Assembly (NCBI GenBank): GCA_013239625.1
Contig: MU053493.1
Coordinates: forward strand, 815,793-879,792
DNA length: 64,000 bases
Source: Lama guanicoe
Taxonomy: Eukaryota
Direction of reading: 5' to 3'
The notes under the pieces: model-generated
Seen by the model: only the letters and a program-made list of their open reading frames with translations
What the model was told of the DNA's origin: nothing
The model's database searches: none
Position numbers and translations under genes: made by a program
In this document: one piece after another, positions 63,148 to 64,000 of the stretch
Position numbering within the stretch: the stretch's first letter is position 1
How the letters are laid out: each line of letters opens with the position of its first letter

Positions 63148-64000
63148 AAGCTTTTTAGGTTATTTCCAGACTGGTCAAATTGTATAATTAGTGATAGAAC
63201 CCAATGTGGTTCATATTTTTTGAGGCTAAAAACAAAAACAGTGATTTTTTTTCTATCCCCAAAGTTTAAGATGGCAATGTTAAGTTTTAAAAGAAATTTT
63301 TGAAAGATGCAGCAGCCAATTCCATATTTGTGTTTAAAGTCTTCAAGGACAGGACGTGTCCTGTAACAAGCTTATCTGAGATCCTTCCTTGGTTGGGGAT
63401 ATTGACCTTGATAATCCTAAACAAATATCATCTCAGAGAACAGACATCAAAAAAAGTAGTGAAGATTTTAGCAGCCCCTGATAAGACGCTACTCTTATGG
63501 GATCTTTGGAATACTCAAACTTTAAAGGTATCACTCAGAGAAGTAACATCAGAAGAAATTGCCTCACCAAAAAAAAAAAATGACTTGTACAGGAAGCTAC
63601 TTAATATTTGTACAAGATGGTTTTACTGAACTAAAGAAGCAGCAGTTTTCCAAGATATTCCCAGACATTAACCAAAATTCCCTGGTGGACATTTCCAAGG
63701 ACCACAATCATCTCTTGGGACCCACATTTAAACTGCATTATTAAAGGAGACCCCACAGAAGCCGTTGTAGCACCGGAGTTTGTCACCAGAATGTGAGCAT
63801 CATTTCTACCGCACGGAAGCCTAAGGAGAAAAAGGGAAGACTGAAGACAGACACACCGAGTGGTCCACTTCCCTGCGCAGGAGGGCTGCGGGCAAAGGCT
63901 TCCCTGCACCTGCAGGAGAGGATGGAAGGCTGCAGGAAGCAAAAGGAGCTCGTCAAACTGGGGGGTGGGAGTGCTGCCCTGTTTTGTGCACCAGCCCCCA

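Larger units (their letters stand above)
60667..64000 (+). pseudogene. Decayed coding-like remnant, tentatively ZDBF2-related, interrupted by MIR and L1 pieces
   Basis: Acceptor ttttctctcag ending at 60666; collinear short motifs DEDATTTGPSET, LPES.DRTV, HLVFN, CLES...EMAFQ, PEF; many stops. Comparison from memory only. Confidence 0.3.

Noticed and set aside
1..64000. CRISPR arrays, rRNA genes, prokaryotic systems or intact host genes
   Set aside because: None seen; the remaining short ORFs are repeat-derived or random.

Overview
Mammalian genomic DNA, almost certainly camelid: a Vic-1-like tRNA-Ala-derived SINE is present and I see no Alu, BovB or PRE-1 SINEs. The window is mostly transposable elements and has no intact protein-coding gene. 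Main contents: (1) a 6.2-kb two-LTR class III ERV-S-like provirus (2884-9054, +) with a tRNA-Ser primer-binding site, ERV-L-type pol and gamma-type env, nested in an L1; (2) a second, distinct, 5'-deleted ERV-S-like provirus with env (40422-46005, -); (3) a 15.6-kb stack of three minus-strand young L1s (16825-32480), including a TSD-flanked 3'-truncated L1 and an apparent inter-L1 gene-conversion tract; (4) many older L1, MIR, MER21 and ERVL remnants plus microsatellites; (5) six minus-strand exon-like segments (36970-57636) with compatible phases at the four readable junctions, resembling a decayed spliced gene; (6) a plus-strand decayed coding remnant (60667-64000) with motifs reminiscent of ZDBF2. 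All family names come from recognition by eye, not database searches.
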